31,113 nt of DNA from a virus (Duplodnaviria > Caudoviricetes): the IMG/VR virus record IMGVR_UViG_3300020045_001862, positions 1-31,113 of that record. One strand, given 5' to 3'. How positions within the stretch are numbered: the first letter of the stretch is position 1; each line of letters opens with the position of its first letter. The notes under the pieces are model-generated. The model saw only the letters and a program-made list of their open reading frames with translations. It ran no database searches and was not told the DNA's origin. Made by a program: the position numbers and the translations under genes. Below are positions 16,220 to 24,849 of this stretch, one piece after another.

Positions 16220-17013
16220 AACAGAAGCGTATCATCCTCATTGGTTACAAGATAGGTAGCCGGTCGCTGAAGAATCTACAAACACAACTTAAGGAAGACC
16301 AAGATGAACGCCGTGTTCTCCGTATACGCCGTACCAGTGTTAGGTATCGTCGTAGGGTGTCTGATCGCATTGTGGCTTGGGGTCCTACTGCACCAAGTCA
16401 GCATACAGATCAAGCACAGGAAGCAGTAAAGAAACTCGCAAGCAACAAGCTTTTTTCCTTTAGAAAATTCGCTGAACATAACGTGTCAGTGCCAGAATGG
16501 ACAACAGATCGACAAATAGCACTTAGTTGGTACTTCGCAAACATTCCTTTTGTTGTTCGCACATTATTATGTTCTCACAGTGGTAAGGGAATTATCCTTT
16601 TTAATAAACAGGATGATGAATATGAAAAATTCAGTGGAGATGTTCCACATGCGAAACTATATGTCCAATACAAGAAAAAGAAACATGAATATCGTGTCCA
16701 CGTTTTCCAACAAGAAGTTATCGACATTGCTCAGAAAAAGAGAAAGGTCGGTCATGAAAACCGCGACAACCAAATCCGCAATCACTCTAATGGGTGGATC
16801 TATGCGCGTGAAGGGATCACCAAACCTGAAGGTATTAATCAGCTTGCCTTGGATGCCTGTGCTGCTCTTGGTCTATATTCAGGTGCTGTAGATATTATCT
16901 GGAATGAACATGAAAATAAATGTTATGTTCTAGAAGTAAACACTGCACCAGGCATTGAAGGCACTACCTGTAAGAAATACACCAATAAAATTATTGAAAG
17001 TCTAACAGCATGA
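16216..17013 (+). CDS. ATP-grasp (RimK-like) peptide ligase, phiEco32 type
   Basis: SNKL, HSGKGI, EYRVHV, IRNHSNGW, GAVDII, VLEVNTAPG. Confidence 0.88.
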   Translation: MKQKRIILIGYKIGSRSLKNLQTQLKEDQDERRVLRIRRTSVRYRRRVSDRIVAWGPTAPSQHTDQAQEAVKKLASNKLFSFRKFAEHNVSVPEWTTDRQIALSWYFANIPFVVRTLLCSHSGKGIILFNKQDDEYEKFSGDVPHAKLYVQYKKKKHEYRVHVFQQEVIDIAQKKRKVGHENRDNQIRNHSNGWIYAREGITKPEGINQLALDACAALGLYSGAVDIIWNEHENKCYVLEVNTAPGIEGTTCKKYTNKIIESLTA

Positions 17014-17795
17014 AACTACTACCATATCCACACCGCATGGGCCTAGGTGAAGCCTTTCAAGCAAATGATATGAAATTTGCCTTTGTCAATCCTCATATGA
17101 ATGATTTTCAAATGGTTCATTCATGGGTAAAATGTCGTGAGTATTTCAATGAACTTCTCATGAAAAATCACCATCCTGAATATGAATTTGTACAGACATA
17201 TGGATTCGATTACAAACCAGATGAATTTCCACTAGATCTAAGTGCTACACGAATCGCTGTGAAGTTCATGTCTCTTGAACAAAAGCAAGTATTCATGAAC
17301 AATCTACAATGGATACATTCTGTGGAATCTGCGAATGATATTGACCATACAGTTGTCCATGACATTAGTGCACAAGAAGTTATTCTTATTGCAAGTAAAC
17401 TATGGGTTCAGAAATGTCTACTAACAAATATCTACACACTCTTGGTCAAATTGGCTGCATTGAATATTACAGCCTACACTAAAACTTCTCTATTAAATAT
17501 TAAGATCAAAGAACAAACTCCAAGTGAGATTGACTACATCAATCGTCTAACTGTACCTGTATTCAATTCTATCTTGGAAAATTGCACGGTAATCGCTGAG
17601 ATTCCATCTAAATATGTTGATGGAACTGAAGAAGTGCGACTACCTTATGATGTACATGGATATTCAGGTCTTATAGCACTCCTTCAACACAAACCAAAAA
17701 AGAAATCAGAAAATGTTCTATACGCACTAACAAACGGTCTAAAGAAAGCCTTCCTTGGTAAGTATAAAACTGCCTTCATCAAAGAGGCAGCTTAA
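17010..17795 (+). CDS. Hypothetical protein
   Basis: 261 aa ORF, ATGA overlap; WVKCREYFNE motif; no family recognised. Confidence 0.8.
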   Translation: MKLLPYPHRMGLGEAFQANDMKFAFVNPHMNDFQMVHSWVKCREYFNELLMKNHHPEYEFVQTYGFDYKPDEFPLDLSATRIAVKFMSLEQKQVFMNNLQWIHSVESANDIDHTVVHDISAQEVILIASKLWVQKCLLTNIYTLLVKLAALNITAYTKTSLLNIKIKEQTPSEIDYINRLTVPVFNSILENCTVIAEIPSKYVDGTEEVRLPYDVHGYSGLIALLQHKPKKKSENVLYALTNGLKKAFLGKYKTAFIKEAA

Positions 17796-17965
17796 TGTCA
17801 GGAAGATGCAAGTCTTGCGACTCAATCCTTGAAGAATGGGAAATGAAGATGGTCGATCCATCTACACAACAATACACAGAACTTTGCTCTGTCTGTATCG
17901 AAGAGGGTGATGTGTTTGAAGATTGGTTTGATCTAGACAACCTTACCGTGGATGATACACTATGA
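17795..17965 (+). CDS. Small acidic Zn-finger protein (56 aa)
   Basis: Manual translation MSGRCKSCDSIL...ELCSVCIEEGD...DDTL*; GAGG RBS; overlaps at both ends. Confidence 0.75.
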   Translation: MSGRCKSCDSILEEWEMKMVDPSTQQYTELCSVCIEEGDVFEDWFDLDNLTVDDTL

Positions 17966-18126
17966 ACCCATGGCTACGCCCATCAATCCAACAACCTCGC
18001 AGGATTCGCAAGTTTGTTGATAAGCTCTTTAGTCCATTGACAAGTATTGTCACATATGGTAAGGACTATTGGGATACTTGGCATCAAGTATATAAACCGG
18101 AAGGTAAGAAGGATGATAACAAGTGA
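17962..18126 (+). CDS. Small hypothetical protein (54 aa)
   Basis: MNPWLRPSIQQPRRIRKF...KKDDNK*; ATGA overlap. Confidence 0.6.
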   Translation: MNPWLRPSIQQPRRIRKFVDKLFSPLTSIVTYGKDYWDTWHQVYKPEGKKDDNK

Positions 18127-18853
18127 CTCACATGTTATTCGCAAAGAAGCCTGTCCAGAGTGTAGGAGATTAGGTAATGACAAGTCCGGCGATAATTTGG
18201 CTGTTTATAGTGATCTGCATTGTTATTGTTATAGGTGTGGTTACACTACAGGCCGTAAATCATTTACAAGACATGATCCTCCGCAATCGCAAAGAATTGT
18301 TCTACCTGCAGACGTTACTACGGAGCTACCATTTGAAGCAAGAGCATGGCTTGAACAATATCAACTGGCACGGTTAGATCTTAATCGTAATCATGTTATG
18401 TGGTCAGAGAAATGGTCTCGTATCATCTTCCCTTACTTCAATGAAACTGAACTTCTAGCATGGCAAGGACGATATGTTGGTACAGACAAGACGAAGGCCA
18501 AATGGTTCTCACAGGGTAAGATCCATGAGATCATCCATCCAGTGCAGGTTACAAAACGGAAAGCTATATTGGTTGAAGATATTGTATCTGCGATCAAGGT
18601 TTCACGGCAACGAGGTGCGATTCCTATCTTTGGGTCCTCGGTGTCGGCAAAACAAATACTACGACTTAAAACAGTAGTAGATGAGGTATGGTATTGGTTA
18701 GACCCGGATATGCGAACCAAGAGCGTTAAAATGGCTAAACTGAGCAATCTATTAGGACTACCTGCTCATGTAATCTTCTCAGATAAAGACCCTAAGGAAC
18801 ACGATCATGAGTCCATTGCAAACATCCTCAGAGAAAATCAAGCAACGTCGTAG
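18113..18853 (+). CDS. DNA primase (Zn-binding domain plus TOPRIM), T7 gp4-like N-terminal part
   Basis: ACPEC...DNLAVYSD.HCYCYRCG; LVEDIVSA; WLDPD; KDPKE. Confidence 0.88.
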   Translation: MITSDSHVIRKEACPECRRLGNDKSGDNLAVYSDLHCYCYRCGYTTGRKSFTRHDPPQSQRIVLPADVTTELPFEARAWLEQYQLARLDLNRNHVMWSEKWSRIIFPYFNETELLAWQGRYVGTDKTKAKWFSQGKIHEIIHPVQVTKRKAILVEDIVSAIKVSRQRGAIPIFGSSVSAKQILRLKTVVDEVWYWLDPDMRTKSVKMAKLSNLLGLPAHVIFSDKDPKEHDHESIANILRENQATS

Positions 18854-19088
18854 TCAGATGTTGATTCATTCTTATCTATATTATCATCTAGACACATCTG
18901 TTGTGTCTGATGATCAGTGGCAACAATGGGCAAATGAACTGCAGTATCTACAAGATCTTTTCCCTGAACCTATTGGATTCTATGACAAAGAATTCATAGA
19001 TTGGGATGGTTCGACAGGTATGCACTTACCGAAAGACAATTGGATTAGAGATAAAGCACAACAGCTCTTGACAAGTATGGGAAAGTAG
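18807..19088 (+). CDS. Stand-alone protein resembling subdomain Ia of NAD-dependent DNA ligase
   Basis: HSYLYYHLDTSVVSDDQWQQWANEL resembles LigA H.YLYH..D.P.I.D..YD...EL. Confidence 0.6.
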   Translation: MSPLQTSSEKIKQRRSQMLIHSYLYYHLDTSVVSDDQWQQWANELQYLQDLFPEPIGFYDKEFIDWDGSTGMHLPKDNWIRDKAQQLLTSMGK

Positions 19089-19096
19089 TATATAAT
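19068..19096 (+). promoter_or_regulatory. Consensus sigma70 promoter
   Basis: TTGACA (19068)-17 nt-TATAAT (19091). Confidence 0.85.
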
Positions 19097-19171
19097 AAAT
19101 ATATATTAATATAAAGGATAAAGACTATTAAAGACTATATAAATATAATTAAATATCTATTAAATATTAAT

Positions 19172-20356
19172 ATGTATAACAAATACATAACTTATATAGA
19201 TACTAACAATGAAAACAAAGAACTGATCTTTTTGTATACTTGTCTTAGAGATATGCACTCTGTCTATAAAAAGGATCTTTCCTTCGAAGAGTTCTCTATG
19301 TATTGTCTATCGAAGGTAAATGACAAGGATCGTGAGGTAATAGAATCCCTTCTAAGCACTCTACAAAGCGCTACAATCGACGAACAGCTTATAGGTGATG
19401 TCCTCACTACCCTACGCAATAAAAAACTCGCCTATGACCTCGCGTTAGTTTCGTTGGATGTGAGTGAAGGACGGTCATCAGTAGACAAGATTTTCAGTAC
19501 CTTCGATGCCTTTGAACAAAAACGTGAAATAGAACAAGTTGAATTTGTTTCTGGAGATTTAAATGAACTTTACAACGATGCCGTCAAAACAACTGGACTC
19601 CGTTGGCGACTTACAACTCTTAACAGAATGCTTGGCTCTTTGCGAAAAGGAGATTTCGGTTTCATCTTTGCTAGACCGGAATCAGGTAAAACTACCTTTC
19701 TTGCATCAGAGATTACTCACTTTGCGGGACAGCTTACAGCAGAAAGTGGTCCAATCCTCTGGTTCAACAACGAAGAGCAAGGAAGCAAAGTTATGCTTAG
19801 ATGTATACAAGCAAGCCTTGGAATCTCTCAAGCAGAGTTGTTCTCCAACATTAATCAACATCAAACTACCTTTGACAGTCTCGGTGGACAACACATTAAA
19901 ATCTTCGATTCCGCCAACATCCATCGAAGACAGGTTGAACAACTTTGCAAGGAGCTTAAGCCAGCCCTTGTTGTATTTGATCAAATTGACAAAATCAAAG
20001 GATTCACTGACGACCGCGAAGACCTCCGACTTGGGGCAATTTATATTTGGTCTAGAGAACTTGCAAAAACACACTGTCCTGTTATTGGAGTATGTCAAGC
20101 TGATGCGTCAGGAGAAGGTAAACGATGGTTAACAATGGAGAATGTAGCAAATGCAAAAACCGCTAAACAAGCAGAAGCAGATTGGATTCTTGGGATCGGA
20201 AAGACACATGACACAGCCCTTGAATATGTCAGACACTTTCACTTCTCAAAGAATAAACTGTCCGGGGATGCCGATACTGAGCCGGAGATGCGTCATGGCA
20301 AGGCAGATGTACTCATCCAGCCGTTAATAGCACGATACAAAGATATGGAGTTCTAA
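19172..20356 (+). CDS. DnaB-like replicative helicase (true start may be ATT 19127)
   Basis: Walker A ARPESGKTT, NNEE, VVFDQIDK, VCQAD, AEADWILGIG. Confidence 0.9.
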   Translation: MYNKYITYIDTNNENKELIFLYTCLRDMHSVYKKDLSFEEFSMYCLSKVNDKDREVIESLLSTLQSATIDEQLIGDVLTTLRNKKLAYDLALVSLDVSEGRSSVDKIFSTFDAFEQKREIEQVEFVSGDLNELYNDAVKTTGLRWRLTTLNRMLGSLRKGDFGFIFARPESGKTTFLASEITHFAGQLTAESGPILWFNNEEQGSKVMLRCIQASLGISQAELFSNINQHQTTFDSLGGQHIKIFDSANIHRRQVEQLCKELKPALVVFDQIDKIKGFTDDREDLRLGAIYIWSRELAKTHCPVIGVCQADASGEGKRWLTMENVANAKTAKQAEADWILGIGKTHDTALEYVRHFHFSKNKLSGDADTEPEMRHGKADVLIQPLIARYKDMEF

Positions 20357-20616
20357 TGGAGATAGTTAAGCATCACAAAGTTAAGGCATTCTCACGTAAA
20401 AACATGATGGATTTTGCTAAGGTCATTCGCAATTGTAATCTTAGACATGACGAACGAGATAAAATTGCATGGGCGATTGCCGCCTATCTAGAAAAAGAAG
20501 ATATGTTCTTTGACAGACAAAGATTTCTACAAGTAGCAGATGGTCGTATGGAAGATGACCATAAAACAAAAGCATATTCAACTGTTATGGAGAAACAAAA
20601 TGACCCAGAAATTTGA
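20356..20616 (+). CDS. Hypothetical protein
   Basis: TAATG overlap; FDRQRFL motif. Confidence 0.7.
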   Translation: MEIVKHHKVKAFSRKNMMDFAKVIRNCNLRHDERDKIAWAIAAYLEKEDMFFDRQRFLQVADGRMEDDHKTKAYSTVMEKQNDPEI

Positions 20617-20782
20617 TATTCCAATCAACATCTCAATCCTTGCAAAAGACGAAGCAGAGGCTGAACGTGCTGTTCTAGCTTATCTACGCACTGCAGGAAA
20701 GGTTATTGATTGTCCCGAGTTAATTGACTATGAACTTTTCGAGTTTGTATCCAATGACTTGTCTCAATCATGTTGCTGCTAA
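20600..20782 (+). CDS. Hypothetical protein (MTQKFDIP...)
   Basis: GGAG RBS before ATG 20600; abuts polymerase start. Confidence 0.65.
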   Translation: MTQKFDIPINISILAKDEAEAERAVLAYLRTAGKVIDCPELIDYELFEFVSNDLSQSCCC

Positions 20783-21931
20783 ATGATCCTCGTAATTGAC
20801 ACAGAGACAACTACACACAACAAAGGGAATGTACATGATCCAAGGAACCAACTATGCCTATTGGTAATAAAGGCTATTTCAGAGAATTCAACGACTACAT
20901 ACTCTTTCAAAAAGCCATGGGACGTTGGCCATATAAATGAAATCTTATCTATGGGTAGGTTGCTGGTCTTTTTTAACGGCAAGTTCGATCTGTCTTGGCT
21001 TCGACGTGAGTTTGGGTATGTCCCTCCTTTCGGGACTCGTATCTACGATTGTCAATACGCTGAGTTTATATTTAGTAATCAAACATGGAAGTTCCCTGAT
21101 CTACGAACCGCTTGTCTCAACAGAGGATTATCACCCAAACAAGATTACATCAGTGAACAGTATTGGTCACAAGGGATTGACACACTAGATATTCCCCCAG
21201 ATGAACTTGAAGAATATTGTATTAATGATGTAGAAATTACCCACGAACTTTTCTTATCCCAACAAGAAGATTTCGTCAACAAATATCCACATATGTTGAA
21301 ACTCTTTAAGTTACACATGCATGATCTGCCGGTACTTTTAGAGATGGAGTGGAATGGATTGAAATATAATAAGGGTCGGTCATTAGAAATCGCTGAAGAA
21401 AACGAAATTCGCATTACTGACCTTGAAACACAACTCAACAATATTGTTGATTTTGAAATTAACTGGAACTCAAACAATGAAAAATCTACTATCCTTTATG
21501 GCGGCAACATTATCCGCGAACATCAAATGCCAATCGGACATTTTAAAACTGGTGCTAGAGCAGGTCAAGTCAAATACAAAAATGTGGAATCAGCAACGGA
21601 ATTCCCACAGCTCGTCTCCCCCTTAACAGAATATCAATTTGGAGAGAAGAAAGAAAACCACTCAGTAGCGGAAGATGTACTGCGATCTCTAAAACCAAGC
21701 AAACTTGCTAAGAAACTTATTGAGTTAATTCTTGAGCGTAGTAAACTAGAGAAGCAGAATGGAACGTATCTTCTAGGACTTCCCAAGAAGATGCAGACTA
21801 TGGGTTGGGGTGACTACTTACATCCCTCGTATAACCAATGTGTTGCGGTTACGGGACGGATTGCATCATCAAATCCTAATGGTCAAAACATTCCTCCAAT
21901 TGGGAAGCGCCTGTGCGAGAGTAGGTTCTAA
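20783..21931 (+). CDS. Family A DNA polymerase, N-terminal part (3'-5' exonuclease plus start of polymerase domain)
   Basis: ExoI IDTETT, ExoII FNGKFDL, ExoIII YCINDV; TGRIASSNPNGQNIP. Confidence 0.9.
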   Translation: MILVIDTETTTHNKGNVHDPRNQLCLLVIKAISENSTTTYSFKKPWDVGHINEILSMGRLLVFFNGKFDLSWLRREFGYVPPFGTRIYDCQYAEFIFSNQTWKFPDLRTACLNRGLSPKQDYISEQYWSQGIDTLDIPPDELEEYCINDVEITHELFLSQQEDFVNKYPHMLKLFKLHMHDLPVLLEMEWNGLKYNKGRSLEIAEENEIRITDLETQLNNIVDFEINWNSNNEKSTILYGGNIIREHQMPIGHFKTGARAGQVKYKNVESATEFPQLVSPLTEYQFGEKKENHSVAEDVLRSLKPSKLAKKLIELILERSKLEKQNGTYLLGLPKKMQTMGWGDYLHPSYNQCVAVTGRIASSNPNGQNIPPIGKRLCESRF

Positions 21932-22644
21932 TGTTAGTAAACGTCGATGCAAAAAGCCTCGAATGGTGCACATATTTGCACTTGAGTCAAGACAAAAATG
22001 GAATCGAAGAATGGCACAATGTTGTAAATGATCCTAGTAAGTTTGATATTCACCTTGACAATCAAACGAAGTTCAATCTACCGTCACGCTTGATTGCGAA
22101 GGTATTTCTATTTCGTTGGATTTATCGTGGACCAGCCTTTGCTTATTGTCATGATCCAGATTTTGCGGCCGTAAGCAACAAGCAGCAATATTGGCAAGAT
22201 GTTATTGACCAGTATTATTCAAAGTATTATGGATTGTACAAGACACACATGAAATATCTACAACAGGTGAATTCAACTGGAAAGTTACGTTCACCTGTTG
22301 GTAGAGAATTCACATTCAAGAAAAATAAACGCGGAGAATTTTCTGAATATGAAATTACGAACTATCCTAACCAGAGTCTCGGGGCAGACGTTATGGCTGT
22401 TGCTCGGGTTAGTCTTGCTGCCCGTTTTTCTAAGTATAAGCTGCGTAGCTTACTTATTAGCACTATTCATGATTCTCTTACATCCGACTCCCCTGAAGAC
22501 GAGGTTGAGATCGTTAAGGAACTCATGGTAGATGTGTTCAAGGATCTTCCTAAGAACATCAACCGAGCATTTGGTATTGAATGGACCCTTCCCATGATTG
22601 GTGAAGTTCAGACAGGACCAAATCTAAAAGATTTAGAAGATTAG
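21931..22644 (+). CDS. Family A DNA polymerase, C-terminal catalytic part
   Basis: Motif A DAKSLEW, motif B RLIAKVFLFRWIY, NYPNQS, motif C TIHDS. Confidence 0.9.
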   Translation: MLVNVDAKSLEWCTYLHLSQDKNGIEEWHNVVNDPSKFDIHLDNQTKFNLPSRLIAKVFLFRWIYRGPAFAYCHDPDFAAVSNKQQYWQDVIDQYYSKYYGLYKTHMKYLQQVNSTGKLRSPVGREFTFKKNKRGEFSEYEITNYPNQSLGADVMAVARVSLAARFSKYKLRSLLISTIHDSLTSDSPEDEVEIVKELMVDVFKDLPKNINRAFGIEWTLPMIGEVQTGPNLKDLED

Positions 22645-22646
22645 TA

Positions 22647-22674
22647 TTGACATACTTACAAAGTATGGTATAAT
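22647..22674 (+). promoter_or_regulatory. sigma70 promoter with extended -10
   Basis: TTGACA (22647)-16 nt-TATAAT (22669) preceded by TGn. Confidence 0.8.
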
Positions 22675-22721
22675 AATACTATAGTAGTTATTAATTAATA
22701 TAATTATAAAGAAAGATATAA

Positions 22722-23270
22722 ATGAAAATTCAAATTCAATTCATTGATGCAAATGTCGAAGACAAAGGTAAGTATAAAATGGCAGAGATCACTTTCAAGG
22801 ATCTCGCAAAGGGCCAGACTTCGTCTAAGAAACTAATGTCCTTTACCAATCCAATTGTCTACAAAACTTTGGTCGATGCAAAGAAAGGTGAAGTTTACAC
22901 CATTGAAATGCAGAAGAATGATAAGGGTTATTGGGACTGGATTGAAGCGAGTATCGCAAATGGGGTTAGTACAGACACTGGTGGTAGCCCTGAGGCTGTC
23001 ACAAAGGCCACAGGATCGACGAACTTCACTTCACCTAAGTCTACCTATGAGACTCCTGAAGAACGTGCCAAGAAGCAAGTTTACATTGTTCGTCAGTCTT
23101 CTATCTCAGCCGCTATTGATACACTAAAAACTGATAAAAAGAATCCAACTAAAGAAGAGGTTGTTGCTACAGCATCTTTCTATGAAGCGTTTGTCTTTGG
23201 TATTGATACACCACCACCAAAACTCGCGGATCTTCCTACCTTTGATCCTGATGACGACGTGCCAATGTAA
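22722..23270 (+). CDS. Putative single-stranded DNA-binding protein
   Basis: Beta-rich N-terminus, acidic tail FDPDDDVPM similar to SSB DFDDDIPF; located between polymerase and exonuclease. Confidence 0.55.
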   Translation: MKIQIQFIDANVEDKGKYKMAEITFKDLAKGQTSSKKLMSFTNPIVYKTLVDAKKGEVYTIEMQKNDKGYWDWIEASIANGVSTDTGGSPEAVTKATGSTNFTSPKSTYETPEERAKKQVYIVRQSSISAAIDTLKTDKKNPTKEEVVATASFYEAFVFGIDTPPPKLADLPTFDPDDDVPM

Positions 23271-23452
23271 TGATTAAGGTACATGATTATCAATGTACAG
23301 ATTGTGATCATATCTTTGAGAAGTTTGTAACTACAGAAGGCACGCCACAAGCGTGTCCCTTTTGTGGATCTTCAGAGACAATACGGATTACATCTAGTAC
23401 AGCATTTAAAGTAACAGGTCAAGGACAATATTCTTCTAAGATGAAAGTTTAG
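23270..23452 (+). CDS. FmdB-like zinc-ribbon protein
   Basis: DYQCTDCDHIFE...CPFCGS...RITS. Confidence 0.75.
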   Translation: MIKVHDYQCTDCDHIFEKFVTTEGTPQACPFCGSSETIRITSSTAFKVTGQGQYSSKMKV

Positions 23453-24256
23453 ATGATAGCCACCATCGATGGGGACATTGTAGCGTATAGGTGTGCTGCT
23501 AGTTGTGAGCGCACAGTAGATAAGGTACGTGTCTGTGAGGCTGAAGAAGAGATTGCAATTTTGCGTACAGAACAACTGATGCAAACAATCATTCATTCAA
23601 CTCAAGCAGATAAGTACCGTTGTTTCCTTTCTCCTTCCAAGAACTTTCGTTATCTTATCTATCCAGAATATAAAGCTAATCGTCGAGACACAGTAGATCC
23701 TGTTCATCGCAAAGCTTGTAAGCAATATCTGATGAACAATTGGAATGCTGAACTTTTCGATGGGTATGAGGCTGACGATGCACTTGCTTGGAGCCAGACA
23801 CAAGCAGAATATGAAGGAGAAGGATTTAATCAACACGAAGGAACAGTCATCTGTTCTATTGACAAAGATCTTAAGCAAGTTGCTGGCTTGCACTATAATT
23901 TTGTCAAAGAGGAATGGGATGATGTTAATATTACAAATGGGTTGTCTACCTTCTATCAACAAGTATTGATTGGAGATAAAACAGATAATCTATTTGGTCT
24001 TAATGGTATTGGTCCAAAGAAAGCAGCCAAGTATCTAGAAGGTTGTTACGAAGAACAAGAAATGTTTGATACAGTCTATGATATGTATCAAGATAAACAT
24101 CAACTCGCGGTTAACCTTATGTGTATGTGGTTATGTCGTGAACAAGGAGTAACATGGGCAAATCGAACGGACACCCAATTAATTATACCATCAGCGTTGC
24201 AACAAGAGCTGGATCTGATGTTAGAATCTATGAAATCTTCTACGAAGATTACATAA
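23453..24256 (+). CDS. 5'-3' exonuclease (T7 gp6/FEN-like)
   Basis: IDGDIVAY, YKANR, EADDAL, SIDKDLKQ, GDKTDN..G..GIGPKKA. Confidence 0.9.
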   Translation: MIATIDGDIVAYRCAASCERTVDKVRVCEAEEEIAILRTEQLMQTIIHSTQADKYRCFLSPSKNFRYLIYPEYKANRRDTVDPVHRKACKQYLMNNWNAELFDGYEADDALAWSQTQAEYEGEGFNQHEGTVICSIDKDLKQVAGLHYNFVKEEWDDVNITNGLSTFYQQVLIGDKTDNLFGLNGIGPKKAAKYLEGCYEEQEMFDTVYDMYQDKHQLAVNLMCMWLCREQGVTWANRTDTQLIIPSALQQELDLMLESMKSSTKIT

Positions 24257-24363
24257 ACGGAGCTTATTACGACGAAGATAGTGATGTGTGGTGGCCTTGT
24301 CAGTGGTCCTTCAATGGACGATATGCAGACAAGCCTTCTAGATTAGATTTGGTGAATATATAA
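24154..24363 (+). CDS. Hypothetical protein
   Basis: AAGGAG RBS; overlaps the exonuclease 3' end. Confidence 0.65.
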   Translation: MGKSNGHPINYTISVATRAGSDVRIYEIFYEDYINGAYYDEDSDVWWPCQWSFNGRYADKPSRLDLVNI

Positions 24364-24453
24364 TGGGTACAGTATCTGAAATTCGTATATATAAAAGTAA
24401 ATGGGCTAATTGGTGGATACGAAAGATGTTTAAATTTAAACATTGGTTGACCC

Positions 24454-24849
24454 ATGAGTGAGCGCCAACGTCGAAGTAAATTAGAATTAAGATTTGAGGA
24501 TATATTAATTGCCAATAAAGCCGAGTACGATTATGAAGTTACCGTTATCCCGTACATTGTGCCAGAAAGCAAGCACAAATACACAGTCGATTGGACGCTA
24601 CTTAACGGAGTCCTTATCGAAACTAAAGGATACCTTTCGGACCATCAAGAAAGATCTAAATACGTTTTTCTAAAGCAACAGTATCCTGACATTGATCTGC
24701 GGTTTGTCTTCGACAACGTTAATAAACTATGTGGAGGGACAAAATATTCGCATGGAACTTGGGCAACCAAACATGGATTTACCTTTTGTAGTATTAAAGA
24801 TATTGACACCATTACACAATGGATAGGAGAAACAAATGACAAAAAGTAA
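24454..24849 (+). CDS. Endonuclease I (T7 gp3-like Holliday junction resolvase)
   Basis: RSKLE, YTVDW, IETKG, DLRFVF, WATKHGF. Confidence 0.88.
   Translation: MSERQRRSKLELRFEDILIANKAEYDYEVTVIPYIVPESKHKYTVDWTLLNGVLIETKGYLSDHQERSKYVFLKQQYPDIDLRFVFDNVNKLCGGTKYSHGTWATKHGFTFCSIKDIDTITQWIGETNDKK

Larger units (their letters stand above)
431..21382. repeat. Dispersed polarised 9-mer GGWCGGTCA (19 copies seen)
   Basis: Minus strand at 431, 992, 1377, 2379, 3277, 4319, 5291; plus strand at 6780, 7606, 8909, 9845, 10266, 11075, 11942, 12503, 14791, 16746, 19469, 21374. Confidence 0.85.

Noticed and set aside
18037-18065. sigma70 promoter TTGACA upstream of primase
   Set aside because: No acceptable -10 at 16-18 nt spacing, and it lies within a plausible small ORF
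19563-20132. 189-aa overlapping + frame ORF inside the helicase, and similar nested ORFs elsewhere
   Set aside because: No RBS or motifs; fully nested in well-supported genes
431-21382. CRISPR array or tandem repeat explanation for the recurring 9-mer
   Set aside because: Copies are 9 bp, hundreds to thousands of bases apart and mostly inside genes; no repeat-spacer structure and no cas genes
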